From NCBI GenBank assembly GCA_026395295.1, contig JAPLYZ010000007.1, forward strand, positions 370 to 64,369: a DNA stretch of 64,000 bases, given 5' to 3'. The position numbers and the translations under genes were made by a program. The notes under the pieces are model-generated. The model did not search any database. It had not been told where the DNA came from and saw nothing but the letters and a program-made list of their open reading frames with translations. The DNA is from Candidatus Staskawiczbacteria bacterium (GTDB lineage: Bacteria; Patescibacteriota; Minisyncoccia; Minisyncoccales; Staskawiczbacteraceae). Each line of letters starts with the position of its first letter. The first letter of the stretch is position 1. Positions 19,940-29,908 of this stretch are shown here, piece by piece.

Positions 19940-20581
19940 TTATTTATGTTTTTCTGACAAAGCTTTTTTAAAAAAAGCCATTTTGTCTTTATGGCGAGTC
20001 ATGTTTCCCGAATGCATCATATACCGATACAAGGGTAATTCTATCCTATGAATGTTATATTTTTTGAGGTAGCGCGCCCTCAAATCTTTTTCTTCGTTGT
20101 AAAGAAAATTTTCGTCGTATAATCCAATGTCAACCAAATTATCTTTTTTAAACATTATTCCGCAAGCAATCGGGTGGTCTTCTGAATTCCTCCTCTCAAT
20201 AACCCTCTCTTCTTCATCAACCAATAAATAATCGCAGCAGACCGCATCAAAATCTTTATTAAACTCTATGAAACTGTAAAGGATTTTTAGAAAATCTTCG
20301 TGCAGATAATCGTCGTCGTCTACCCTGACAATAAACTTGCCCAACGCCTGCTTAATACCGGCATTGCAAGCATAAGGCAAGCCCGTATTTTTCGGCAAAT
20401 TTATTACTTTTATTGAATCGCTAAAAACATTTAAAATTGCCTCTGTTTGGTCGGAACTTCCGTCGTTAACCACAATAATTTCATAATTCTGCTTAGACCA
20501 TACTTGGTCTAGCAGGCTCCGAATCGCCCGACCGATATATTTTTCCCTATTATGAGTTGGGACTATAACGCTTACTTTCAT
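19940..20581 (-). CDS. GT2-family glycosyltransferase
   Basis: 213-aa ORF. VSVIVPTHNREKYIGRAIRSLLDQ, VVNDGSSD, RVDDDD. Paralogous in layout to 19245..19913. Confidence 0.75.
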   Translation of the reverse strand: MKVSVIVPTHNREKYIGRAIRSLLDQVWSKQNYEIIVVNDGSSDQTEAILNVFSDSIKVINLPKNTGLPYACNAGIKQALGKFIVRVDDDDYLHEDFLKILYSFIEFNKDFDAVCCDYLLVDEEERVIERRNSEDHPIACGIMFKKDNLVDIGLYDENFLYNEEKDLRARYLKKYNIHRIELPLYRYMMHSGNMTRHKDKMAFFKKALSEKHK

Positions 20582-20591
20582 ATCATTAGAC

Positions 20592-21530
20592 TTATCGCTT
20601 AATTATTTTTTTAAACCACGCGACAGTCTCTCTGAGACCGTCCTCAAAATTATACTTCACCCGCCATTCAAGTTGCCTTTCTGCTTTTAAACAATCCAGA
20701 CAACTTCTCTGCTGTCCGATTTCTTTATCGGCCTTATATAATTTTTCGCATTCGCGCCCGCTCGCCCTTTTTATTATTTCAAAAACATTATTGATGTCCG
20801 TTTCTTTTCCTGTTCCTATGTTGAATATTCCCGACTTATCTGTTTTCATAGCAAAAATAGCCGACTCAACGACATCTTTAACATAAATAAAATCTCTTGT
20901 CTGTTTTCCATTTCCGAAAATTATTGGACTTTTGCCAGAAAGTATTTTCCCGCAAAAAATTGCCACCACCCCTGCTTCGCCTTTCTCATCCTGCCTCGGA
21001 CCATAGACATTGGCAAACCTCAAAGACACGTAATTTAAACTAAAATTTTTGTAATAATACGCCAAATATTTTTCTGTGGTCAACTTGCCAATTCCATAGG
21101 GCGACGCCGGACATTCAGCGTAACTTTCTGAAGTAGGGAAAACTTCTGTCTTGCCATAGACTGCCGCGCTTGAAGCAAAAACAATTTTTTTGACTCCAAA
21201 CCCCCTGCAATTTTCTAAAATATTAATACTTCCGATGATATTAGTATTAGCATCTCCTATCGGGTCTTTTACGGATTTTTTTATATCAATCTGCGCAGCA
21301 AAATGAAAAACTATTTCTGGTTTTTCTTTTTTAAAAATATCACCAATTTTTTTATCACGCACATCAATCTTATATAATTTAGCCTTAGGGTTTAAATTAT
21401 ATTTTTTGCCGGAAGATAAGTCATCTATTACTACAACTGCGTAACCATCTGCAACCAATTTGTCTACAAGATTAGACCCAATAAAACCTGCTCCCCCAGT
21501 TACTAAAATTTTTTTATCGAGCGTACTCAT
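20592..21530 (-). CDS. UDP-sugar 4-epimerase-like extended SDR
   Basis: 312-aa ORF. VTGGAGFIGSN, SSAAVYG, YGIGK. Confidence 0.7.
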   Translation of the reverse strand: MSTLDKKILVTGGAGFIGSNLVDKLVADGYAVVVIDDLSSGKKYNLNPKAKLYKIDVRDKKIGDIFKKEKPEIVFHFAAQIDIKKSVKDPIGDANTNIIGSINILENCRGFGVKKIVFASSAAVYGKTEVFPTSESYAECPASPYGIGKLTTEKYLAYYYKNFSLNYVSLRFANVYGPRQDEKGEAGVVAIFCGKILSGKSPIIFGNGKQTRDFIYVKDVVESAIFAMKTDKSGIFNIGTGKETDINNVFEIIKRASGRECEKLYKADKEIGQQRSCLDCLKAERQLEWRVKYNFEDGLRETVAWFKKIIKR

Positions 21531-21535
21531 TTTTT

Positions 21536-21976
21536 TTATTTAGCCCCAGCTATGTTTTTCAAAAGCCAAGAAGAACTCTGAACCTTACCCCCGCCAACAT
21601 TATTGATCACTTTTATATTAAATTTTTTGCAAGCTTCTGTTTCATTTTCCGGGATGTTACCCGAATTCCTGTCCCCGCCTTTGGCAAAAAATAATTCTGC
21701 ACTAGGATATTTTTTAGCAATCGCAATCAGACTCTCGGCAACTGTCTTGTCTTTATCAATTGCCAAAATGACGTCGTCGGCATATCGCAAAGCTTTTATT
21801 ATTTCTATCCTCTCCTGCTCCGGCATAAAGGGGGTTGATCCTTTAATTTTAACTTGTGCGTCGTTGTTTACAATAACAACCAAAAAATCACCCAAATTTT
21901 TGGCCTCCCTTATCAAATTTATATGCCCGATATGCAAGGGGTTGAAGAATCCTGATGTGATTACAACCTTTTTCAT
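21536..21976 (-). CDS. Cytidylyltransferase-like nucleotidyltransferase (TagD / RfaE domain II-like)
   Basis: 146-aa ORF. SGFFNPLHIGHINLI carries the HxGH motif. Confidence 0.65.
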   Translation of the reverse strand: MKKVVITSGFFNPLHIGHINLIREAKNLGDFLVVIVNNDAQVKIKGSTPFMPEQERIEIIKALRYADDVILAIDKDKTVAESLIAIAKKYPSAELFFAKGGDRNSGNIPENETEACKKFNIKVINNVGGGKVQSSSWLLKNIAGAK

Positions 21977-22012
21977 TGCTTTTTTTGTTTTTTATTTATA
22001 TCATAAACTAAC

Positions 22013-24271
22013 ATGAAAAACAATATCAACGAGAAAAAATTACACTGGCTGTATTCAGCAGGATTATTCATAATTTTAGCTCTGCCAATTTTAACGTTGC
22101 CGCCATGGTTTTACCCACCAGACTGGGGAAAAGTCATTATATTCAGAAGCCTTCTGGCAATAATGCTATTTTTCTTCGCGTGGAACGTTTTATATAAAAA
22201 AGATACATTTACGAGGGCTCAATTAAAAAATTATCCGGTTCTTTGGGCGTTAGGCGCGTTCTTTGTCGTTTTCCTGCTTGCCAGTATATTCTCGGTTAGC
22301 CCTGGCTTCAGTTTTTGGGGCTCTCCATATCGCGCAGGTGGAACAATGAATCTCGCCTTTTATTCAGCTTTCACTGCGTTGGCGTTTTGTCTTCTCAAGA
22401 AAGAACACTGGGAAAAAGTATGGATTCTTTCAATTGCAGTTGGAGTATTTGTTTCTTTAGTGGGGCTCATCCAGCTTTACGGACTTTTTAACAATGTCTT
22501 TGTGAGTGTAGGGAACAGGCCGGGTTCAACTATAGGAAACCCTATATTTTTGGGAATTTATCTTTTGCTGCTATTTTTCCCATCTTTAGCTCTGGCAATA
22601 AAAGAACCCTTCGACACGGCTCAGGGCAAACTCAAAAAAATATTTTATATTTTTTCCGGGCTAATTTTCCTATACACAATTTTAATAACAGGCAGTAGGG
22701 CCGCCTATCTTGGAATTGTTGTCGGGGCTTCATTTTTCCTATTATTTTACCCTAAAAAGTTTAAACTGTTAAAAGTTTGTCTTGCTTTGTTTTTGATATC
22801 TATTTTTCTAACTGTCTCATATGTCAACACGCGACCGGAGTATCCTTCAGGTTACCCAAAAATACTTCAAAACCGAATTACCGAACAAATAATTCCCAGA
22901 TTATCTGTCAAAAAAGCATTCGGCGATGAAAGATTTATGGCGTGGCAGACAGTGGTGAAAGAAATTAAAGATAGGCCAATTCTAGGGTGGGGTCCTGAAA
23001 ACTTATCTGTTGGTTTTGATAAAAATTATAATCCAACAATTACCCCATCTCCTTGGTGGGACAAGGCTCACAACATATTTTTAGACATAGGGGCCCAAGC
23101 AGGTATTTTGGGAATTTTGGCTTATGTTTTTCTATTTATAGTCTTATTTCAACAGCTTCACAAAGCCAAATCCGGTGGAAATGCGCTGATGGCGGGCGGA
23201 GTACAAGCAACTTTGGCCGGCTACTTAACGGCGAATTTTTTCAGTTTTGATTCATTCCCTACTTATCTTATTTTCTTCCTGATAATTTCCTATACGCTTT
23301 ACCTTTCTTCCCCTGGCAAAGATGAAACAAAAAATACTAACCAACCGCCAAAAATCATAAAACCACACGTGGGGCCCGCAATCATGTTCGTATTATTCTG
23401 CATACTAATAATCTTCTTATGGCAGTATAATTTAATGCCAGCTCAAATAAATAAACAAATAAACGTAGCGAGCAACCTTATAGACCAAAAAAAATGCGAC
23501 GCAGCCTTTGCCATTCTCGATAAACAATTGCAAAGCCACAGTTTTTTAGACTCCTTTGTAAGGATGGAATATGTAAATGATATAAAAATTTGCGCCAGCT
23601 ACTTCCCCGGGAATGATTCGGCCTACGCAAAAAAAGGGGTTGAGCTGTTAAAAGAAGCTGTAAAAATCCAATCGCTTTACACAAGATACTGGATCTATTT
23701 AGGCGGCTTCACCACAATCATCGCCGACAACGAACGCGACGCTGTGAAAAAAGAAAATCTAATTCTGGAGGCTTACTCTTATTTTGACAAAGCAGAAAAA
23801 TTATCGCCTCTGCACACAGAGACCCTTCTGGAAAGAGCAAAGGCAAATATGGTGGCAGGCAATTACGGAGAAATGAAAATTAATGCAGAAAAATGTCTGT
23901 CTGCAGATTCAATTTCAGGCGGATGTTATTGGATCAAAGGATTGGCAGAATTATATCTGGGAGATATAAACAGCGCAAAGGCAGATTTACAAAAGGCTCA
24001 AGACAAAGGGTATGATGTTGATACCCTTAGGTCTATGTACGACCTGGTCAATGCTTACGCGGCGACTAAAAATTACCAAGACCTGTCTGCTGTTTATCTA
24101 CGACTAATAAAAAGGGACCCAACTGTCCCGGAATATCACTCCTCGCTGGCTTTTACTTATGCAAAAATGAAAGAATATCAAAAATCCAGAGAAGAAGCCC
24201 TTAGGTTTTTGCAACTGATGCCCGGGGCGAAAGACGAAGTTGACGCTTTTCTAAAAACCCTGCCAAATTGA
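22013..24271 (+). CDS. O-antigen-ligase/polymerase-like membrane protein with C-terminal TPR-like domain
   Basis: 752-aa ORF. The N-terminal ~470 aa are polytopic (ITGSRAAYLGIVVG loop resembles Wzy_C); the C-terminal ~270 aa are soluble and helical-repeat-like. Confidence 0.65.
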   Translation: MKNNINEKKLHWLYSAGLFIILALPILTLPPWFYPPDWGKVIIFRSLLAIMLFFFAWNVLYKKDTFTRAQLKNYPVLWALGAFFVVFLLASIFSVSPGFSFWGSPYRAGGTMNLAFYSAFTALAFCLLKKEHWEKVWILSIAVGVFVSLVGLIQLYGLFNNVFVSVGNRPGSTIGNPIFLGIYLLLLFFPSLALAIKEPFDTAQGKLKKIFYIFSGLIFLYTILITGSRAAYLGIVVGASFFLLFYPKKFKLLKVCLALFLISIFLTVSYVNTRPEYPSGYPKILQNRITEQIIPRLSVKKAFGDERFMAWQTVVKEIKDRPILGWGPENLSVGFDKNYNPTITPSPWWDKAHNIFLDIGAQAGILGILAYVFLFIVLFQQLHKAKSGGNALMAGGVQATLAGYLTANFFSFDSFPTYLIFFLIISYTLYLSSPGKDETKNTNQPPKIIKPHVGPAIMFVLFCILIIFLWQYNLMPAQINKQINVASNLIDQKKCDAAFAILDKQLQSHSFLDSFVRMEYVNDIKICASYFPGNDSAYAKKGVELLKEAVKIQSLYTRYWIYLGGFTTIIADNERDAVKKENLILEAYSYFDKAEKLSPLHTETLLERAKANMVAGNYGEMKINAEKCLSADSISGGCYWIKGLAELYLGDINSAKADLQKAQDKGYDVDTLRSMYDLVNAYAATKNYQDLSAVYLRLIKRDPTVPEYHSSLAFTYAKMKEYQKSREEALRFLQLMPGAKDEVDAFLKTLPN
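22607..22628. repeat. GC-rich mini-element copy inside a CDS (cccttcgacacggctcagggca)
   Basis: Matches the minus-strand reading of 41748..41768 (cccttcgacaagctcagggca) except for the central 2-3 nt. Translated in frame as PFDTAQGK. Confidence 0.6.
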
Positions 24272-24277
24272 CACGCG

Positions 24278-25291
24278 TCATTTAGACGCAGAATAATTTT
24301 GGTAAATGGCTTGGGAAACGTTTTTTATGGTGTTTTGCAGACTGTTCAAATTGTTCCCGCCGGTCATCACGCAAACAAAATATGGGCTAGCCGGATAATA
24401 GACTATCCCGCAATCGTGCAACTCTATTCTGCTTATTTGTTGGTCCTGCAAATCAACGTGTTCGCCGAATTTGTGTGAAACAACTATATTTTTCGGCACA
24501 CCGGCAACGAGCCCAGCATTAAAACTTGTTTTTGATAAAATATCCAGCGCCTTTTCAGACATTTTTTTGTCTAAATAAGTGGCGGAATATAAAATTCTGA
24601 AGAACAAGGAATACGCCCTTGGTGAAATAGTAAAATTATCTGTTGTCTTGGGATTTTCTATATTGAGGACATTGTAAATGGAATCCAAAGACGCTTGGTC
24701 GGCATTAGCTGAAAGAAGTGCAGTGGCGCCATTATCCGAATCAACAACCATTTCGCTTATCAAGTCCTCAATTGCATAGCTTTTACCAACAATCAAGCTC
24801 GAAGGAACATTAACAATGTTTGTTCCCACCAAGTCTGCTGTTTTTTTATCGTAAAAAAGTTTACTATTCAACAAAGAGGAGTCATTTTCTGCCTTTTTGA
24901 AGTAAGATACCATCATCACAACTTTCAGCATACTGGCTGGGCTATATTTATCGTTTTCATTAATACCCACCCATCGGCCACGGTCAAGGTCATAAAAAAA
25001 TACCGACGCGTCAGACAGGTTGTTGCTTTTCTCGTCGTTGTTTATTATATCCCTTATTTTGTTTTTCAAAGACGCCATCTCTGACTGCTGATCAGCTGAC
25101 GGTAAAATGTAAGCCAACAAAGGGTCAATAAATTTATAAGAAGAGTTGTGCTCTCTTATTGGTTTTATAACATCCAATTTTTTATTTAGTATATTGCTCT
25201 CATAACCAGCACCCAAAAAATAACCGGCAACTCCGCCAATAGTCAACAAACCGGCGCACATCAAAATAATTTTTATAAATTTTTTTATCAT
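24278..25291 (-). CDS. Membrane-anchored serine hydrolase (class A beta-lactamase / PBP-like)
   Basis: The ORF-track start at 25315 is TTG, so I prefer ATG at 25291 (MIKKFIKIILMCAG, N-terminal TM). Motifs SMLK (SxxK), SDN and HKFG (KTG-like) occur in the expected order. Confidence 0.6.
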   Translation of the reverse strand: MIKKFIKIILMCAGLLTIGGVAGYFLGAGYESNILNKKLDVIKPIREHNSSYKFIDPLLAYILPSADQQSEMASLKNKIRDIINNDEKSNNLSDASVFFYDLDRGRWVGINENDKYSPASMLKVVMMVSYFKKAENDSSLLNSKLFYDKKTADLVGTNIVNVPSSLIVGKSYAIEDLISEMVVDSDNGATALLSANADQASLDSIYNVLNIENPKTTDNFTISPRAYSLFFRILYSATYLDKKMSEKALDILSKTSFNAGLVAGVPKNIVVSHKFGEHVDLQDQQISRIELHDCGIVYYPASPYFVCVMTGGNNLNSLQNTIKNVSQAIYQNYSASK

Positions 25292-25334
25292 AAGTGTTAT
25301 TATATAATAACACAAATATATAAATCAGTGAAAA

Positions 25335-25362
25335 CAAAAAACCACCCGAAGGTGGTTTTTTG
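25335..25362 (-). terminator. Rho-independent terminator after the giant surface-protein gene
   Basis: accacc-cgaa-ggtggt hairpin (25341..25356) flanked by A-run and T-run. On the minus strand it reads hairpin then tttttgtttt. Confidence 0.7.
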
Positions 25363-25407
25363 TTTTATTCTCAACCTTTTCACAAGAAAGGCGAGAAAGT
25401 TTTACAA

Positions 25408-28400
25408 CTAGTAAGCGCGCACTGTCTCTGTTGGTGAGTTGGATGTCTGTAACAGATAACCATCATACCAATCAGCTGAAGATGCTGCGTTTGTGTAGCT
25501 GTGGATTACAGGTGTGCCTGATGAAATATCAGACCAGATGAAGTTGTATGTTCCTGTTCCGCTTCCAGAATTGGACTGTGTTGCTGACAATCCATAGACT
25601 GTTGAAACAGAGCTTGTGTCTAAGTAGCTTCCACCATAACTTGTGGTTTGAGCGCATACAGCGGCGTCATAAGGCATGTATGTTGACACAGCGTCTGGAC
25701 CATTACCTCCTGAAGGATTTGTGAATTCATTCACATTTGCCTTCAAAGTGTAGGTATTGGTTGTTCCGGCAGTAATATCTTCCTCTGTGGTGAATACCAC
25801 TACTACTGTTCCCGAACCAATTGTGTTGGTTGCTTTCAAGCTTGCTCCTGCTGCAGGGGTTCCGCTAGAACCGGCTCCGGCGTTTACAATGGCAACACTG
25901 TCGGTAATGTTGGTAGTTCCTTTGAAGAACGTGAAGTTATTCAAATAGTTACCTGTGCCGTTGTTGTTGGCCATTGCTGTTGTAAACTTCATTTGTTTTA
26001 CAGCAACCGGTCCGCTTGTTGGGGCTCCAACTGTGAACTTATAGAGTTCTACGTTAGCGCCTGTTGTGGCGGATGAATCAGTACCTGCGTAAGCTAATGT
26101 TGGAACTGACTTGAAGACGTATGTCTTGTTGGCTGTCTTTGTGCTAAAGAGGGTTGAGCCATCACTGTCTGATGTCTGAACTCCCTGGCTGTTGGCAACC
26201 TTAATATAAGACATATATGGCTGGACATCAATATTTGTTGTTCCTGCGTCTGCTGTAAGTCCTGGGCTCAAATTGAGCACCACTGCTAATGACTTGTAGG
26301 AATTTGCAGGAAGATTGATTGTCAAACCTGTAAAGTATGCAACATATTTCGAGCTCAAGTACTGAACTGGGGCTGTGGCATAAACTGTGCCTGTTGAATT
26401 ATCCTTCAAGGATACATTCACAACCGCGGCAGCTGCTGCGGCTGTTCCAGTTGAGTTAGCTGCTCCCAGCGCGAATTTCAACTCATTAATTGTGTATGAG
26501 TCGTTTTGAGCTGTGAACTTGTAGATACCAGCAGTAACGGGCTGATTGCCTGATACTATCTGGTTGGTAGGTGTTTGTGAATCTTGAGTTGCGTTGAATG
26601 CGCCAGAGCTGAAGGTGATTGTCTGACCGGCCAATACTGAGTCGCTGGTTGTTGTTACAGCCGTAGATGAGCCGGTAGTAATACCTTTCACCTCTACGTT
26701 GGCAATTCCTGTTGTGTTTCCTGCTTTGGAAGCATTAACATCTCCGTAAACCATAACATCTATGGTTGTTCCAGCTGGCAACTGATGGTTGATCGTGAAA
26801 GTGTTGTTGCCTGATGTGGCTGGTGTTGCTATAGAGGAAGTGGTTTGTGTTCCGTATTTAACATACAAATTGGTTGTGTATGTTTCTAATCTTGTTAAGC
26901 TCACTAAAATTGTGTTCAAGTTGACGGCTTCTGTTGTTGCAGATGTCAAAGTGAAGTGAGCTAATTTGACTTGAGTCAAAGGAGATACGAAAACTTGGTC
27001 TGTGTATGCGGCAAATTTTGAGAATGACAAGCTCCCGCCTGCTATTGTCAAAGAATTTGCTGTTACAGTTGCTGTTGGAACGTCAACGCTCTGAGAAGAA
27101 ATCTGTCCCATGCCGTTTCCGGTTGGGTTAAGCAATTCAACTTGAATGGTATCGTTGTTTTGGATACCTGTTGTTGTCAAGGTATATCCGTTTACGTTGT
27201 CCCAAATATCGGCCCTAACCTCCAAAGTTACTGGAGTTGCTGGGTCAATAATCAAGGATGAACCTAAGTTATAGGTTGTGTATCCTGTTGAATACCCTGT
27301 ACATTTCAAAGCTGTTGTGCTTCCGATTTGTACGCCATTAGCATACAAAGCGCCGTTTCTCAAGGCTGTTGCTCCATTATTAATGGAACAAACTGCTGCT
27401 ACTTTCAATGAATCAACCTTAACTCTTTCACCTGTTGCTTTAAGAGTAAATTTACCCAAAAGCTGGTTTGAAGCTGTGTTGATAACATTGCTTGCAGGAG
27501 AATCAGTTGTCTTTTGGACTGTGACTGCTCCATAAGCAATTGTCTGAACGCCGGTTGATACTGGGAATGTGCTGCTGTTAGATACTGTTGACAATATGTT
27601 TGCTCCATATTGAGAATCAACAACTCTTATGTCAGCTGCATTTCTCACTGAAAAATAGAAGTTTCTGTATGAACCGCCGATTACGTCTGCCAAAACTTTG
27701 ACATCTCTTGTTCCGGTTTGCAATGAAACTGGAGAAGAGGTGAAATCAAATGTTAAATAACCATTTGAATCCAAATTGGCAACTGCAGAACCTTTCTGCA
27801 CGCCGTCAATAAACAATCTAAAGTTTTGAAGGTCAGAATAATTGACGCTTCCAATTTCTCTCAATCTCAACCACTGAAGGTTAGCCGCTCTTACACCGAT
27901 TGATACCGAGTTATCAAACACGACTGTGTCAACTGCTGGTGTCAATGAATTGTTTGTGGTTGGTGTTGTTGATGTTGAATATGTCATTACAACAGTGCCT
28001 AAGCTGGCTCCGCTGAATGCTTGCATCAAGTTGCCGTTCAATGGGAAATTTCCTTTTACTGAACTGGCAGTTGTTGTAACGTCGGTGGCAGATGCCAATG
28101 CTATTCCAACTGTTTCACCGCTTGAGGATGAAAGGTCAGAATAAACAGTGATTGTTGCTGAACTGCCTGCTGGGACTGTGAAAAGTCCTGTTGAATCGTT
28201 GAATGTGATTACTCCAGATGAAACTGAAGCTGCGTCGGTTAATCTATTTGCTCCCTGGAACAAATAAACATTTGCTAAATCAGCGTCAGCTGACATGCCG
28301 AGTCTGTGCAACTTTAATGTTGTTACTTTTGCTGCTACACTGTCTCCGTTGGCGAAAACGAATTTTGCCATTGGGGCTAATGCTTGGCTGGTAACAACTG

Positions 28401-28932
28401 CTGCAGCTGCTGGGTTGTCAGATGCGAATTGAGCTGTCAATCCTGTTCCTGTCGGAATAACATTATTGTTGTTATTATTATTGTTGTTGTTATTGGAAGC
28501 TGTTCCAATTTCTGCATTTAATGCTCCTCTTGTCATAGGACCAACCTGATTTGCAGGTGTAAATCCTTTGGCTGTCTGGTATTTTCTAACAGCAACCAAG
28601 GTCTTTGGACCAAAAGTTGTTGTTTCGTTTCCAGGCGAGCCTGCTCCTGTTACTGCAATTCGAGTCGTAGCTGTTCTGTTCAAGATTGATTGTAAGCATT
28701 TTACATCTGATCCTGTTGCGCCAACTGTCAAATTGCGTGAAAATGTAACTCCTGCGCAAGCGCCGCTTCCTGATGCTCCAGGTGTGCCTGACAAACCACT
28801 CAATTGTGATTGCAAGGCAGCGATCTGGGCCATCAGTTCGTCAACGGTTACGGCCTGAGTTACTGCAGGAGCAACTACTGCAACCAATGCCAATGCGACA
28901 ATGGTTGTTATAATTGTTCTTTTTATACTCAT
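25408..28932 (-). CDS. Giant cell-surface protein: signal/TM, coiled segment, peptidoglycan-binding domain, poly-Asn linker, then ~6 divergent beta-rich repeat modules (S-layer-like)
   Basis: 1174-aa ORF. MSIKRTIITTIVALALVAVVAPA; PG_binding_1-like GSDVKCLQSILN...GPKTLVAVRKYQTAKGF. T/S/A/V/N-rich modules recur with the pattern LK(L/V)..G...DL.N..L. G+C is higher than the surroundings (hand counts 32/60 at 26401-26460 and 26/60 at 27001-27060). Confidence 0.65.
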   Translation of the reverse strand: MSIKRTIITTIVALALVAVVAPAVTQAVTVDELMAQIAALQSQLSGLSGTPGASGSGACAGVTFSRNLTVGATGSDVKCLQSILNRTATTRIAVTGAGSPGNETTTFGPKTLVAVRKYQTAKGFTPANQVGPMTRGALNAEIGTASNNNNNNNNNNNVIPTGTGLTAQFASDNPAAAAVVTSQALAPMAKFVFANGDSVAAKVTTLKLHRLGMSADADLANVYLFQGANRLTDAASVSSGVITFNDSTGLFTVPAGSSATITVYSDLSSSSGETVGIALASATDVTTTASSVKGNFPLNGNLMQAFSGASLGTVVMTYSTSTTPTTNNSLTPAVDTVVFDNSVSIGVRAANLQWLRLREIGSVNYSDLQNFRLFIDGVQKGSAVANLDSNGYLTFDFTSSPVSLQTGTRDVKVLADVIGGSYRNFYFSVRNAADIRVVDSQYGANILSTVSNSSTFPVSTGVQTIAYGAVTVQKTTDSPASNVINTASNQLLGKFTLKATGERVKVDSLKVAAVCSINNGATALRNGALYANGVQIGSTTALKCTGYSTGYTTYNLGSSLIIDPATPVTLEVRADIWDNVNGYTLTTTGIQNNDTIQVELLNPTGNGMGQISSQSVDVPTATVTANSLTIAGGSLSFSKFAAYTDQVFVSPLTQVKLAHFTLTSATTEAVNLNTILVSLTRLETYTTNLYVKYGTQTTSSIATPATSGNNTFTINHQLPAGTTIDVMVYGDVNASKAGNTTGIANVEVKGITTGSSTAVTTTSDSVLAGQTITFSSGAFNATQDSQTPTNQIVSGNQPVTAGIYKFTAQNDSYTINELKFALGAANSTGTAAAAAAVVNVSLKDNSTGTVYATAPVQYLSSKYVAYFTGLTINLPANSYKSLAVVLNLSPGLTADAGTTNIDVQPYMSYIKVANSQGVQTSDSDGSTLFSTKTANKTYVFKSVPTLAYAGTDSSATTGANVELYKFTVGAPTSGPVAVKQMKFTTAMANNNGTGNYLNNFTFFKGTTNITDSVAIVNAGAGSSGTPAAGASLKATNTIGSGTVVVVFTTEEDITAGTTNTYTLKANVNEFTNPSGGNGPDAVSTYMPYDAAVCAQTTSYGGSYLDTSSVSTVYGLSATQSNSGSGTGTYNFIWSDISSGTPVIHSYTNAASSADWYDGYLLQTSNSPTETVRAY
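28462..28494 (-). repeat. Run of 11 Asn codons (mixed AAT/AAC) forming a linker
   Basis: Plus strand attattgttgttattattattgttgttgttatt, which is NNNNNNNNNNN between the PG-binding domain and the repeat modules. Confidence 0.9.
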
Positions 28933-29090
28933 TTTTTTGTGTTTTTTTAATTTAATTTTTATTTTTTTATTTCTCGTCGGTCGACCATTACTTGTTCGCG
29001 GCTTGTTGCTCGCGATTTTACGTACTAATCACGAACTGACCGCAAAAATTTACCCCGTTGAATAACAGGGACGACTCGTCAAATGTTAAA

Positions 29091-29807
29091 TTATTTGTTT
29101 ATCAATAATATCTTCTCTAACGCGTCCGCATATTTCCCTTGGTCGCATAAATTCTCTATTTCAGTCAATATATTCCTCTGATCATCGGTAAGTGTTGTTT
29201 TATGCAAATCAGCCAACTGACCTTGAACAACTGTTTGGTATAAATCTTTTATATCTGGGTTTGTTGCCAAATCTGTCCCTGGGACATCGGCTAAGGTTTT
29301 TAAGCCACTGGCTATATCTTTTAATGTTCTAGGATTTTTGGTCGGATCATCTTTTAGGCTCTTAGCAGCAGCTTTTACTTCGTTTATTGCTGGAGACATA
29401 TTATCTTTTCTACCGTCTTTAGCGACTTGGGCCAAATCATTTATTCTATTGTTAAAAACTACTATATCTTGTCCTAACCCCGAGCTACCTGTTAAGGCCG
29501 CCTGCGATTGCTCGGCTATCCTTTTTACTGGGAACAACAAATCGCCTGGCATTGCATATCCAATAAATCCGAAAGCTCCCAAAACAAAGAAAAAAACAAC
29601 TGCGAAAGAATAGGCTAATTTCTTCTGAAAAAATAAAGAAGAAACAACATCCATAAAACTTATCTCTTTTGTTGGAGCTAAAACCACTTTCGTTTCTTTC
29701 TTTGCCAAAATTTGCGATTTAAGCAAAACAGCCCATTCTTTTCTGGGCTTAATTTCCTTCAATTGCTTCAATGACCCTATAAGTTGTTCTTGATTTAATT
29801 TTGTCAT
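29091..29807 (-). CDS. Anti-sigma-like single-pass membrane protein (DUF5667-like)
   Basis: The ORF-track start at 29837 is TTG; I prefer ATG at 29807 (MTKLNQEQLIGSLKQLKEIKPRKEW) with aagg 8 nt upstream. It has a central TM helix (LAYSFAVVFFFVLGAFGFIGYA) and lies downstream of the ECF sigma gene. Confidence 0.5.
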   Translation of the reverse strand: MTKLNQEQLIGSLKQLKEIKPRKEWAVLLKSQILAKKETKVVLAPTKEISFMDVVSSLFFQKKLAYSFAVVFFFVLGAFGFIGYAMPGDLLFPVKRIAEQSQAALTGSSGLGQDIVVFNNRINDLAQVAKDGRKDNMSPAINEVKAAAKSLKDDPTKNPRTLKDIASGLKTLADVPGTDLATNPDIKDLYQTVVQGQLADLHKTTLTDDQRNILTEIENLCDQGKYADALEKILLINK

Positions 29808-29861
29808 TGTATGCCTTGTATAAGTATGACGCTTCAACCCTGTGATTTGTTACACAATTTT

Positions 29862-29888
29862 GTCATCCCCGTGTAAACGGGGATCCAG
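29862..29888. repeat. GC-rich hairpin mini-element, copy 1 (gtcatccccgtgtaaacggggatccag)
   Basis: Self-complementary core tccccg-tgtaaa-cgggga. Same family as 29909..29935 in inverted orientation. Confidence 0.8.
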
Positions 29889-29908
29889 AGTATTTTATTT
29901 TAACTCAT

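Noticed and set aside
28462-28494. Poly-Asn tract as a slipped-strand phase-variation switch
   Set aside because: The 11 codons are an irregular mix of AAT and AAC rather than a pure homopolymer or perfect triplet repeat, and length changes would stay in frame. A flexible linker is the simpler reading.
28933-29090. Clear sigma-70 or ECF promoter for the giant surface-protein gene
   Set aside because: The candidate hexamers (TTGACG, TAAAAT) have non-canonical spacing (19 nt or more), so I could not support a specific promoter call.
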